Below are positions 37,794 through 46,709 of a DNA stretch of 64,000 bases, piece by piece. Numbering within the stretch: position 1 is the stretch's first letter; each line of letters begins with the position of its first letter. This stretch comes from a virus (lineage: Duplodnaviria > Caudoviricetes): the IMG/VR virus record IMGVR_UViG_3300028048_001801, positions 96,180-160,179 of that record, one strand, 5' to 3'. Made by a program: the position numbers and the translations under genes. A model generated the notes under the pieces. It ran no database searches, was not told the DNA's origin, and saw only the letters and a program-made list of their open reading frames with translations.

Positions 37794-38144
37794 TTAACAT
37801 TTTTTTATTATGCCCTCTTCGAGCATATAATCAAAAATCTCTTTATCGATTTCTCTTGCCTCGTCGGGATAAAAACTATATACATCTGTCCAGCCTTCGA
37901 TGTAAAACCCCTTAACCTTTGTTATGTAAAACGCACAATCAGCGCCTGTTTTTATTTCGCAGCCGAGAGAACGAAGATAGTCTATACAAGAAATATCTCT
38001 TAATCCATCTACAAAAGTAATTTTTGTTTTAGGTGTATAGTGCTGTTGTATAGTTGGTCCAAAGTGTTTATAAACTTCAGGCCTGGCATTTACAACTTCT
38101 GGCTCAGCGAGTTTTGCCGCAAAGTATTTAATCTTTTCATCCAT
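37794..38144 (-). CDS. Hypothetical protein
   Basis: 116 aa. Confidence 0.7.
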   Translation of the reverse strand: MDEKIKYFAAKLAEPEVVNARPEVYKHFGPTIQQHYTPKTKITFVDGLRDISCIDYLRSLGCEIKTGADCAFYITKVKGFYIEGWTDVYSFYPDEAREIDKEIFDYMLEEGIIKKC

Positions 38145-38150
38145 ATGAAA

Positions 38151-38357
38151 TTAACCTTTTATTTCTTCTTTGCCAACTGCTTCTGCAGCGGGATTCCACG
38201 TAATATCCGCCATTGTTAAAACTCGACAGTTCTCAATGTGTGGATTGAGTATTTTATGATCGGAGGCATATTTATATGCCGTCTCTTTGCTGTCAAAAAC
38301 CCTATGTGTAAACAACGGTGTTTGCCCATCGTTATCAAATAACACAGATACTTTCAT
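38151..38357 (-). CDS. Hypothetical protein
   Basis: 68 aa. Confidence 0.65.
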   Translation of the reverse strand: MKVSVLFDNDGQTPLFTHRVFDSKETAYKYASDHKILNPHIENCRVLTMADITWNPAAEAVGKEEIKG

Positions 38358-38373
38358 GTTTCACCTTATAAAA

Positions 38374-38874
38374 CTAAACTTTTATTTTCTCGTTTTCAGC
38401 ATTCCTAAATATTTCCATGGCCCTACAAACATCGTTAACATTCTGAGTGTCTATTAACGCTTGGATATTTTCCTTAGCATAGTCTATAACGGTTTCTCTT
38501 ATCTTTTTATTAGAATATTTTTTATCGCTATAAACTACATAAAAAAGGCGTTTCTCTATAAAACTGCAACCCCATCCACCTCCTTGTTTTGAAACACAAG
38601 GGGTTATTTTTATCCACGTATCATCATCGTTAACCGAAACGCGTTTGTTTTTAGGATCAAACGTAATACAAAAGACTACTTCTGTCTTATAATATTTCAT
38701 TTTTTCACGCCAATGATCATATGTATTAAGTTCGCGGATATAGCATCTGGGATCCTCTGTATCAATCCAGTCCTCTGCGATTTGTTTGTCAAGAAAAACC
38801 TTTTCGATAATCTCTCTGTCTTCTAAACGAGACACCGACTCGTTTCTCATTGCTAAATAAACTTTCATAAACAA
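38374..38874 (-). CDS. Hypothetical protein
   Basis: 166 aa. Confidence 0.75.
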   Translation of the reverse strand: MFMKVYLAMRNESVSRLEDREIIEKVFLDKQIAEDWIDTEDPRCYIRELNTYDHWREKMKYYKTEVVFCITFDPKNKRVSVNDDDTWIKITPCVSKQGGGWGCSFIEKRLFYVVYSDKKYSNKKIRETVIDYAKENIQALIDTQNVNDVCRAMEIFRNAENEKIKV

Positions 38875-38887
38875 CTGCCTTATAAAA

Positions 38888-39361
38888 CTAATTTTTCATT
38901 TCTTTATTGCATTGAGCCTCGATTAAATCATCAGGGATTCCCTTTCCCGCCAAGACACTTTCTCTTATTTTGCCCATCAACTCAGAATCTTCGTCTGAAT
39001 AGAAGCGCCAAGTTTGTTTTGTAGCGTCTAGGCCAGTCATTTTTTTATAATCTTCTAAACTCGTAAAACACATAAGGTTATAAAGGTTTTGCACATATTT
39101 ACCTGTTTGGGGATCTATGTTATACATAATAAGCTCTAATTTTATTTTATCAACATCCTGTTCTTCGTTTTTTGTGACAGGGTCGTCCGCACCTACTATT
39201 ACGCCACAATCACCACGATCAAAATGAACGACATACTGATTTTTTTTATTTATAGCGACTATTACACCCACTCCATCCAAATATTCTGCGGCACGTGGGT
39301 ATTCATGCTCACTATGTATCATCATCTTTTCAATTTTAACAACCGTACCTATTTTAAACAT
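38888..39361 (-). CDS. Hypothetical protein (SH3-like N-terminus)
   Basis: MFKIGTVVKI..; ATG 39361 with GAGG SD. Confidence 0.7.
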   Translation of the reverse strand: MFKIGTVVKIEKMMIHSEHEYPRAAEYLDGVGVIVAINKKNQYVVHFDRGDCGVIVGADDPVTKNEEQDVDKIKLELIMYNIDPQTGKYVQNLYNLMCFTSLEDYKKMTGLDATKQTWRFYSDEDSELMGKIRESVLAGKGIPDDLIEAQCNKEMKN

Positions 39362-39387
39362 ATTTTGCACCTCGATAAAACTAGATT

Positions 39388-39699
39388 TCATTGTGCTATT
39401 AATTCTAATAATTTATTATAGAAGTCGGTCAAGATATTATAGTGTTCCGAGGGCTCACACCCCTCTAATACCGAACAATAATCTTTGACCCCTTTGATAG
39501 TAGGACCTTTGGAAGTCTCAAAAGGGTGAAAAAAATAATGTCTTATTCTCAAGTCGGCTATAACAAGCGCTAAATCTATCGGGTCGTATATTTCAGACGC
39601 CTTTTTTGGTCCCATTTCAAGAATTGCATCGATATCATATTTTACAATTTTTCCCGCTACAGAAGTGCTTTCTATAATTCCAAATTTAATATCATTCAT
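39388..39699 (-). CDS. Hypothetical protein
   Basis: 103 aa. Confidence 0.7.
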   Translation of the reverse strand: MNDIKFGIIESTSVAGKIVKYDIDAILEMGPKKASEIYDPIDLALVIADLRIRHYFFHPFETSKGPTIKGVKDYCSVLEGCEPSEHYNILTDFYNKLLELIAQ

Positions 39700-39732
39700 A
39701 AGTCCGCCCCTTCTATAAAACTAGATTTTTAT

Positions 39733-40233
39733 TTACCAGATAAAATCCAGTTCGTCTCGATTATTTATTTTATCGAGCTCCTCTTGTGTCGCATATCTAA
39801 TAAACTCCAAATCCGAATCAGAAATCCAGGCAAAACCTCCACGCCCGTCGATACCCGTCAACATACAAGACCCGCCATTTTGATGATCTATTATATATTC
39901 TTTATCGACTTTAGCCAAACCATTATTTATAAATTCGGTATTCGGTTTAACTTTGACGACATTAACATTACCAGTAAATTTATAAACCTTTTTAAAATGA
40001 GGTAATTTACCAATTAAATTACACCCATCAACGTATCCAATAACCCACCACGTTCTTTCTTTGGTGGATGAAGCCATTAAGGTTTGACCAGTTTCTCCAT
40101 AAGCGAAAACATCTCCATCACCAAGATAAGATTTCACTTTTTTGTTTGACAACAGCTCTTCTAAAGAATTTGCTTCTATTGCAAACGGTTTTGTATCAGC
40201 CCAACTAGGAATATGTTGTATTAGTTTTATCAT
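39733..40233 (-). CDS. Hypothetical protein
   Basis: 166 aa. Confidence 0.75.
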   Translation of the reverse strand: MIKLIQHIPSWADTKPFAIEANSLEELLSNKKVKSYLGDGDVFAYGETGQTLMASSTKERTWWVIGYVDGCNLIGKLPHFKKVYKFTGNVNVVKVKPNTEFINNGLAKVDKEYIIDHQNGGSCMLTGIDGRGGFAWISDSDLEFIRYATQEELDKINNRDELDFIW

Positions 40234-40265
40234 TTTGCCACCTTTTTATAAAATCAAGTTTTCAT

Positions 40266-40922
40266 TCACTCTTGGCATTTTGCTAGATCACGATATTTGA
40301 CCTTAACGATAATTCTGTTGCCCTGAGCATCCAACAGTCTAACATTCGGCACACATACAAACCCTTCTTTTTCGGTAGGCCTATCTTCTGTGGCGTATTT
40401 ACTCATATCTTTGATGCCCATTTTGATATTGTCTTTGACTTTATCAATAAGTCGTGTCAAACTTCCGACCTCGAAGAATTCAACTGTTTCTACACCAAAA
40501 TAATCGAATATATCCTTGATAACTCTCTTGTCGAGATACATTCCGTTTATCATGACGTCAAAACCAATAAGTCTTTCCGAACCGCCATAAACGCCACCCT
40601 GTATTTTACCACCGTAACACTCCATAAAAAGCATTACTTCTTTATTTCCGAAGTTTTGTTCAAAGATAACCTCGCTCTCCCCGAAGGTTTTTTGTAGAAG
40701 CTCTTCAACCTCTTTGGGTAATTGGCTCTTGTCGGTTCTTCCACTCCACGAAACTCTGTGTCCGTCATATTCCACCCTAGTACTCATTCCGTCAACTTTT
40801 TCGCTTGCCAACCACGATAAATTTTTTAAATAATCTATTTCGGGAGTTGTTATTTCATTTGTGTATTTTTTGGTTATTCCATCAAATTTATAAAGTGTAT
40901 TTATTTTCTGATATTCTTTCAT
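40266..40922 (-). CDS. Rnl2-like RNA ligase family nucleotidyltransferase
   Basis: EKVDG (motif I), ECYGGKIQ, GFDV, EGFV, IVKVK. Confidence 0.8.
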   Translation of the reverse strand: MKEYQKINTLYKFDGITKKYTNEITTPEIDYLKNLSWLASEKVDGMSTRVEYDGHRVSWSGRTDKSQLPKEVEELLQKTFGESEVIFEQNFGNKEVMLFMECYGGKIQGGVYGGSERLIGFDVMINGMYLDKRVIKDIFDYFGVETVEFFEVGSLTRLIDKVKDNIKMGIKDMSKYATEDRPTEKEGFVCVPNVRLLDAQGNRIIVKVKYRDLAKCQE

Positions 40923-40947
40923 AAGACCTCCAAATAAAACGATGTTT

Positions 40948-41127
40948 TTATCTTACTTCAAACTTCTTCGCAAGGTTCCGATAATATTCGATCCTTGCTT
41001 TTAACTCGTAGTCCTCTCCGCCACCCTCGCAGGATTTGATATACTCAACCTCCCAATCGTGGATAGCTAAGAGGATACATGCGTTAACCTTTTGACTTTC
41101 TAATTCGGTTAGTTCAACCGTTTTCAT
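40948..41127 (-). CDS. Small hypothetical protein (59 aa)
   Basis: MKTVELTELESQKVNAC..., GGAGG SD, stop in palindrome 40934; below ORF-track cutoff. Confidence 0.6.
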   Translation of the reverse strand: MKTVELTELESQKVNACILLAIHDWEVEYIKSCEGGGEDYELKARIEYYRNLAKKFEVR

Positions 41128-41156
41128 AAAGCACCTCCAAACCTTTAATTTTCTTT

Positions 41157-41185
41157 ATTATAACACGCCTGACACGATCTGTCAA
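41157..41185 (-). promoter_or_regulatory. sigma70/sigmaA promoter
   Basis: TTGACA-17-TATAAT with TG. Confidence 0.85.
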
Positions 41186-41208
41186 GCGTTTTACACCCAT
41201 AAATTAAA

Positions 41209-41429
41209 TTATTTTTCGGATAATTTCTTTTTTGCTTCGGAGTGGGTAAGGAACGTGTCGTGATATAAATACCCAAAATCTTTATTGCTTTGCCCATCGT
41301 CCCAATAAACTATAATGCGTTCTCTCGAATCTATTCTTGTAACAATGTGATTATAGGCTTGCATGCCTTTTTATTGGCCTCATAAACCATATCACCTATA
41401 TTTACAAGTATATCTGGATCTATTTTCAC
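41209..41429 (-). pseudogene. Frameshifted small gene (paralog of the 41903..42307 family)
   Basis: MKIDPDILVNIGDMVYEANK in frame 0, then ..TFLTHSEAKKKLSEK* in the -1 frame. Confidence 0.5.
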
Positions 41430-41687
41430 TTAATCTTTCCTCCCCACTGTAAACAACCAAGCAAATATTCCTGTTATGGTAAATAACGGAGCTAAGGCTA
41501 ACCCTAAAATCCAGTAAATTATACAACCCACCCAATTCATGCGTGTCATTTTATGTAAAGTTGCAGGTGATATCATATAAGCATATTTGTTAAGTTTATC
41601 AAAAAACCAGCTTACATAAACAAAATGTAGCAAGACCGAAAAAGCACAACAAATTAAGACTATTAGTATAATTTCATTCACTGCCAT
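41430..41687 (-). CDS. Small membrane protein
   Basis: 85 aa, hydrophobic. Confidence 0.7.
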   Translation of the reverse strand: MAVNEIILIVLICCAFSVLLHFVYVSWFFDKLNKYAYMISPATLHKMTRMNWVGCIIYWILGLALAPLFTITGIFAWLFTVGRKD

Positions 41688-41690
41688 AAC

Positions 41691-41906
41691 TTATATTTCT
41701 CCATGTTTCGTTCTATATATTTTCCAAGGCGCCTCTCCATTATAATCATCAAGTTCCGCAACCCAAACCTCTTCACCGCACTCTTTGCAGAAAGCCAATT
41801 TCTTCTTATAATGTATATCTTCGCCTTTTATGGGGAAAACATCGTCGACTTCTTTTACTGCATAATCTACAAATTTTCTACAATTTGTACATATTGCTTG
41901 GTTCAT
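41691..41906 (-). CDS. Stand-alone YgiT/MqsA-type zinc-finger protein
   Basis: CTNC..IKGEDIHY..FCKECGEEV..ELDDYN; no HTH. Confidence 0.65.
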   Translation of the reverse strand: MNQAICTNCRKFVDYAVKEVDDVFPIKGEDIHYKKKLAFCKECGEEVWVAELDDYNGEAPWKIYRTKHGEI

Positions 41907-42307
41907 TTCTCTTCTCCTTTAAGCTCTGCAAGTTTCTTTTCGGCTTCGGGACGGGTAAAAAATACTCTATCTCCTAAAAGTGAAACAGCAGGACTTCCAA
42001 ATGGCAAGATAAACCTTAGCCCTAACCCATCGCCGTAGTCAGAAAAGCCCTTAACCACACTTGCAACCATAGTATATTCCGCTGTCCAATCTTCTTTGCG
42101 TATTGTATAAACAATAGTTCCTACCTTGCACGGAAACCTTTTTATCAAGCCTTGTTCTTCACCGTTAAAAATTTCCTCGCAATCTTCTACTATCTCATTG
42201 ATTAGATCTATTTCGTGTTTATGTCCGTCTGTAATATGATAAACTGGTTCGTGTGTTAAGTTGTGTTGCTTTAAGATTGCTATGTTATTCTTTAATCTCT
42301 CGTTCAT
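41903..42307 (-). CDS. Hypothetical protein
   Basis: PCKVGTIVY...VFFTRPEAEKKL phage family. Confidence 0.75.
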   Translation of the reverse strand: MNERLKNNIAILKQHNLTHEPVYHITDGHKHEIDLINEIVEDCEEIFNGEEQGLIKRFPCKVGTIVYTIRKEDWTAEYTMVASVVKGFSDYGDGLGLRFILPFGSPAVSLLGDRVFFTRPEAEKKLAELKGEEK

Positions 42308-42310
42308 AAT

Positions 42311-42580
42311 TTATTCCTTATGCTCTTCGTTCAACCAAATAACAAAATCTTCGACCGCTTTATCATCGTCTTCATAGAAAACTTCCTCTTTAACAGTTTG
42401 CATTTCTCCGAAAAATCCTTCACGCTGATAAGTTTCGTATCGCCTGTTAAACGGATTTGTGTATCTATCAACCCACCCATAATCATCAGAACAAGTCGGA
42501 TTATTCTCAAGAAAAGTGTGGGCAAATATTTCATCACTCATATTTGCAAGTTTATTCATTAACCATTCTCTGTTAGTCAT
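42311..42580 (-). CDS. Hypothetical protein
   Basis: MTNREWL...WLNEEH pattern. Confidence 0.7.
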   Translation of the reverse strand: MTNREWLMNKLANMSDEIFAHTFLENNPTCSDDYGWVDRYTNPFNRRYETYQREGFFGEMQTVKEEVFYEDDDKAVEDFVIWLNEEHKE

Positions 42581-42582
42581 AT

Positions 42583-42765
42583 TTAAACCTCAAATTCTTC
42601 TTCAATAACTACCTTTTTCAAACACTGCCTGCAAAAATAAACCTTATCCCCTTTCTTAAGGTTTTGTTCGGGTACATCTTCACGCAACACCCCGTAAAAA
42701 TTTACTTTATTTTCGTCCTTCTTTACAATATCTTTGCCGCAACTAAAACATTTTGTTTTTAACAT
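42583..42765 (-). CDS. Small Zn-finger protein
   Basis: CFSC...CRQC. Confidence 0.65.
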   Translation of the reverse strand: MLKTKCFSCGKDIVKKDENKVNFYGVLREDVPEQNLKKGDKVYFCRQCLKKVVIEEEFEV

Positions 42766-42790
42766 GTTTACACCTTCATTGATAAAATTG

Positions 42791-43030
42791 TTATTTTATT
42801 TCTATAGAATCAAGTTCTGATATAGGCATCCAACCAATAACTTCATCTAATTTATAATATCCACAACCGTCGTCCAGGAAAATAAGTATATTGTCTTTTA
42901 TTTGTAGCGTACCTATTTGATACCCTTCATACAAAACCCTATTCCCTGGTCCGCCATAATAACTATATTTAAAAACAACCTGTTGTTTATTATCTTTAGG
43001 TAATTCTTTCTTCGGATCTCTAAAATACAT
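42791..43030 (-). CDS. DUF551-like protein
   Basis: ELP...VIGWMPI. Confidence 0.65.
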   Translation of the reverse strand: MYFRDPKKELPKDNKQQVVFKYSYYGGPGNRVLYEGYQIGTLQIKDNILIFLDDGCGYYKLDEVIGWMPISELDSIEIK

Positions 43031-43032
43031 AA

Positions 43033-43236
43033 TTACTCCTTATCTTTATATTCTTCGCGCCAAGTTAAATATTTTCTAAGTACGTTAAACTGTTCTTCTG
43101 TCAGGGTAAAACCATAATCTGAAAAACCTTCCGACCTAATAATAAACTGTGCTTCGGATTCAGTCAGTTTCTCGTCGTCGTAAATAAAGAAATATTTTTC
43201 GCCCGTTCTTCGTTTATATTCAATCTGTCTTAACAT
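43033..43236 (-). CDS. Hypothetical protein
   Basis: 67 aa, AAGGAG SD. Confidence 0.65.
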   Translation of the reverse strand: MLRQIEYKRRTGEKYFFIYDDEKLTESEAQFIIRSEGFSDYGFTLTEEQFNVLRKYLTWREEYKDKE

Positions 43237-43238
43237 AA

Positions 43239-43439
43239 TTACTCCTTATCTTCATTTCGTTGAGCGTAGAAAGAAGCAATAATAGATTTCGCTGCAAGTA
43301 TTCCTTCTCTATATGCTCCTTTCTCTTTAGGGCCTGTAAACGCATTCCAACCTATTTTTAAGTTTAGTAAAGCGTTTGGAGAAATTTTATTGGAAAGCAG
43401 TTCTTGTAATTCTTTATATTCTTGTTCTGACATTCTCAT
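43239..43439 (-). CDS. Hypothetical protein
   Basis: 66 aa. Confidence 0.65.
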   Translation of the reverse strand: MRMSEQEYKELQELLSNKISPNALLNLKIGWNAFTGPKEKGAYREGILAAKSIIASFYAQRNEDKE

Positions 43440-43460
43440 AACTATTCCCTAATAAACCTT

Positions 43461-43745
43461 TTATTTTATCATGTGTTCCCAACTTATCTCTATACTATTA
43501 GTATAATAACCTACAAATGTTGCATATCCTAATTTTTCAAAGGCTTTAGCCATATATTCTAAATCATCGAGTGTGATAGAAGTAAAAAGACTAAAACGTA
43601 TTTTAATATTAGAGTATCCCTTTTGCGCTGCTCTTTTAATATCCCTTTCAATCTTTTCCATCTTTTTAGACATCTTACATTCGTACTTTTCTTTACGATG
43701 GGTATCTTTATAATTCTCTTTAACCATTTCTTCCATTGTCTGCAT
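43461..43745 (-). CDS. Hypothetical protein
   Basis: 94 aa; IKRAAQKG..LGY..IEISW pattern. Confidence 0.7.
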   Translation of the reverse strand: MQTMEEMVKENYKDTHRKEKYECKMSKKMEKIERDIKRAAQKGYSNIKIRFSLFTSITLDDLEYMAKAFEKLGYATFVGYYTNSIEISWEHMIK

Positions 43746-43756
43746 ATAAGAACCTC

Positions 43757-43924
43757 TTAATACCAGCTGATAATCTCTTTAGAGAAATACATAGCTCCGT
43801 TTTTAATTTCGTCGAGTTCTATAATTTCACTTTCACAATGTCTCTCATTACCTGGATCCAAGTCGTCTACGGCTTTAGTTAATTCTTCCAAAGTTACTTC
43901 TTTATCCTCTAAAAAATATTTCAT
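43757..43924 (-). CDS. Small hypothetical protein (55 aa)
   Basis: MKYFLEDKEVTLEEL..., GAGG SD; below ORF-track cutoff. Confidence 0.6.
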   Translation of the reverse strand: MKYFLEDKEVTLEELTKAVDDLDPGNERHCESEIIELDEIKNGAMYFSKEIISWY

Positions 43925-43939
43925 AATAAGAACCTCTTT

Positions 43940-44419
43940 TTATTTATATGTGCTCAATGAATCTCTAACGCCTTTAATATCAAGTTGCAAAGAATTTAAT
44001 GTTTGAAAAATATCTTGCAAAGGTATTATCTCAAAGGTGTCAGCACTATCTCCATTGTCCTTCCAACAAATCATAAACTTAAATGATGGGTTAGCATATT
44101 GATCAAACATCGGTAATAAACAACAAGGGTTATTTTCCAATTCAAAGTTATACTTCTTTTTAATGGTGGCAACGAGAGGTAAGAAATCGGATTTATTTTT
44201 AACTTCGTAAATCATTGGCTTAAAAGTACCGTAGGCGAAAAGATTGCTTAAAGTCTCACATTCTATTAGTCTTCCAATCTCAAAACTCTTTAAATCACCT
44301 TTTAATTTTAAGGCGTTTTCGTAATCTTCAACTAATCTTTTATTTTTACTCTGCAGTTTTCCGTCTTCTGACTCGTAAAGAATCTCTTCAATTACCTTAG
44401 TGCTTTTAATTTCTTTCAT
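43940..44419 (-). CDS. Hypothetical protein
   Basis: 159 aa. Confidence 0.75.
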   Translation of the reverse strand: MKEIKSTKVIEEILYESEDGKLQSKNKRLVEDYENALKLKGDLKSFEIGRLIECETLSNLFAYGTFKPMIYEVKNKSDFLPLVATIKKKYNFELENNPCCLLPMFDQYANPSFKFMICWKDNGDSADTFEIIPLQDIFQTLNSLQLDIKGVRDSLSTYK

Positions 44420-44439
44420 AATAAACCTCTTGTTTTATT

Positions 44440-44739
44440 TTAACTAAATAAATCCTTAAACCCTTCTTTCGTTGTAAACAGCCTCACGATCCCAACAACA
44501 ACCAACCCAACGATAAACACTATTGTTGAAGCCGGAAGTAATAATAAATCAACTATGGAGCTTAAGATTTTGCCCAGTAAACTTATTCCATCGCTTTGAA
44601 ACGCTGCTAAAGAACATTTAATAAAGAAACAAAACGGCTTACGATAATTGTCTCCCACTGCAAACCAAAGTGCTGAAAAAACTCCTACAACTTGTATTGC
44701 CACACAAATAGCTATTAAAATTTTCACCCATTCACTCAT
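44440..44739 (-). CDS. Small membrane protein
   Basis: ATG 44739 with GAGG SD; hydrophobic. Confidence 0.7.
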   Translation of the reverse strand: MSEWVKILIAICVAIQVVGVFSALWFAVGDNYRKPFCFFIKCSLAAFQSDGISLLGKILSSIVDLLLLPASTIVFIVGLVVVGIVRLFTTKEGFKDLFS

Positions 44740-44771
44740 CGAAGCACCTCGCAAATTTATTTTACACCCTT

Positions 44772-44800
44772 ATTATAACAAAACAGTTGAACATTGTCAA
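44772..44800 (-). promoter_or_regulatory. sigma70/sigmaA promoter
   Basis: TTGACA-17-TATAAT with TG. Confidence 0.85.
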
Positions 44801-44830
44801 CTGTTTTAAACCATTTTTTAAAAAATATTT

Positions 44831-45163
44831 TTACTTTTTCAAATCTTGTATTTTTTTAGGGTGATAACTACCTGCATGTTTAACATTTACTTGATAGATT
44901 TCAGCCGTAGGAAATTTTTTTATCAAATCTTCTAGTTGCAATATTTTCCCATTTTCAAAGAGATTACACGCATCTTTTCCAATTTTACCACAGATAGAAC
45001 AATAATAATAAGGGCGAGAAAATACCGCACCATGTTGTAAAGTATAAACAACAATTACCACTTTATCATACTGATGTTTATGTTTCGATTTTACCTCAGA
45101 TTTAGAAACGCTTGATTCTTTCTTCTTCCTGTAAGGAATTTCTTCTTTTTCTTCAAATTGCAT
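44831..45163 (-). CDS. Hypothetical protein (HKH..CSICG Zn site)
   Basis: KSKHKHQY...YCSICGKI; ATG 45163. Confidence 0.7.
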   Translation of the reverse strand: MQFEEKEEIPYRKKKESSVSKSEVKSKHKHQYDKVVIVVYTLQHGAVFSRPYYYCSICGKIGKDACNLFENGKILQLEDLIKKFPTAEIYQVNVKHAGSYHPKKIQDLKK

Positions 45164-45222
45164 CGCCGCCACCTCTTGATAAAACTGTAATTTTATTTCC
45201 TGTCATCAGACTTACTACCGCT

Positions 45223-46041
45223 TTATACCAACTGCTTCCTAAACCATTGTTTAAGAACTTCTACTTTTATATTGTCTAGTTTTCGATATGGTTCTGGATT
45301 AAATTCGCACTCGTGTTTTTCGACAAAATCACACTTTATTTGCTTTGTGTTCGTATCAAACTCAGTTGCCAACTCCTTTGCCTCTACAAGAGAATATTTA
45401 TTCAGCTTCGCATCTTGCATCATTTTAAGAAGCCTCGGACTATGCATTGTGAGACATTTTTTAAAGGGTATACCACTGATATAATTTTTAAGAAATTCAT
45501 TAATGCGAATTATATGATGAAGTTGCTTTCCATCATAGCCGTATTTTTCTATCTTGTCAATAATTGTTGGGTAAGGATGGGTAAGCGCTTTAAGTTTTTC
45601 CATGCTCATACCCGCCATTGTTTTAACAGTTTGCGCCCGGTGACAGTGAACAAGATCTTCTGCCAACCCTCGAATTTCCATCCAAAAATCACGATATTCA
45701 TCTGGCAGCATAAAATAATCAGAAAATAAAATTTCTACGAAATTTACGTTTTGTTTTTTAAAAGTATCAAACATAATTCGCATATCTTTTAAGTCAATGT
45801 GTTCATTGTTTGCTCGAACGTGAGTGGTTGATATTGGCTGATATCCTTTGCAAAAACTATCAAAAGATGGTAACAGGATGGCCTTGGTATCGACATCACT
45901 CTTGTATTCGTCGGTATACAAATCCAAATTATAATTCTGACTTCCTTGTACGACTACACAAAACACTTCGTGACCAAAGCCTAGTGCCTCATTGTAATGC
46001 TCTTCTAGTTTTGAATAAATGTATCTATCTCTATCATCCAT
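45223..46041 (-). CDS. Pol-beta superfamily nucleotidyltransferase (RlaP-like)
   Basis: QGSQNY..SDVDTK, NVNFVEILF, YDGKQLHHIIR. Confidence 0.78.
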   Translation of the reverse strand: MDDRDRYIYSKLEEHYNEALGFGHEVFCVVVQGSQNYNLDLYTDEYKSDVDTKAILLPSFDSFCKGYQPISTTHVRANNEHIDLKDMRIMFDTFKKQNVNFVEILFSDYFMLPDEYRDFWMEIRGLAEDLVHCHRAQTVKTMAGMSMEKLKALTHPYPTIIDKIEKYGYDGKQLHHIIRINEFLKNYISGIPFKKCLTMHSPRLLKMMQDAKLNKYSLVEAKELATEFDTNTKQIKCDFVEKHECEFNPEPYRKLDNIKVEVLKQWFRKQLV

Positions 46042-46132
46042 ACTTGGTAACCTCTCGTTCGATAAATTCTTTTATCGGTTTAATTGTAAATGTCTTACCG
46101 TTTGGCGTTGCCCAGACTTTATTAAATATCAT
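46034..46132 (-). pseudogene. Truncated paralog of the 26837..27346 methyltransferase
   Basis: MIFNKVWATPNGKTFTIKPIKEFIEREV versus MEFKKEWAMPNGNTFTIKPIKELVEREV. Confidence 0.75.
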
Positions 46133-46523
46133 CGTCTATCTCTTTAATTTCAAACAGTTCCCACATTTCGTCGTTTGACATCGCGGGGTCGCAATGGTTT
46201 GCCGTTCTCCAAATCGTCTCATTCTCAGCTGAGTCTATAATTTCTTCTAACCCATCAACATGAGCCCCGAAAGACTCCCCGTCCCAAAAAGCGCCAGAAG
46301 CTTTTATTTCTACAAAAATCTGCGCATAATTGCCAACTTTTGAGATGATGATGCTTTCATCTATAGAATAAGGTTCTTCTTCCCACTCGTCCTCGTAATA
46401 GTTGTTCCATTCGTTTCCATCTCTTTCAAACCCCTCATCTCTTAACAGAACATTAAGGTAATAAAGAGATCCCGAATAGTTGTATACGCAGCTAAAACTA
46501 AACTTACAATTTTTCTTTTCCAT
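46122..46523 (-). CDS. Hypothetical acidic protein
   Basis: ATG 46523. Confidence 0.7.
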   Translation of the reverse strand: MEKKNCKFSFSCVYNYSGSLYYLNVLLRDEGFERDGNEWNNYYEDEWEEEPYSIDESIIISKVGNYAQIFVEIKASGAFWDGESFGAHVDGLEEIIDSAENETIWRTANHCDPAMSNDEMWELFEIKEIDDDI

Positions 46524-46581
46524 AAAGAAACCCTTCTCGATTTTGGTTTTGCCGATGTCATCCAAACCAAATTACACATAG

Positions 46582-46610
46582 ATTATAACACATAAAAAAA
46601 ATACTGTCAA
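46582..46610 (-). promoter_or_regulatory. sigma70/sigmaA promoter in a palindrome
   Basis: TTGACA-17-TATAAT with TG; -35 inside inverted repeat 46596-46630. Confidence 0.85.
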
Positions 46611-46709
46611 GCGTTTTTGACAGTATTTTTTAAAAAATTTTCAAAATGAATTCAGAATTTTATTCTTTTGACCCAATGGTTGACCCAGTCGACCAAATGA
46701 ATTTCAGTT

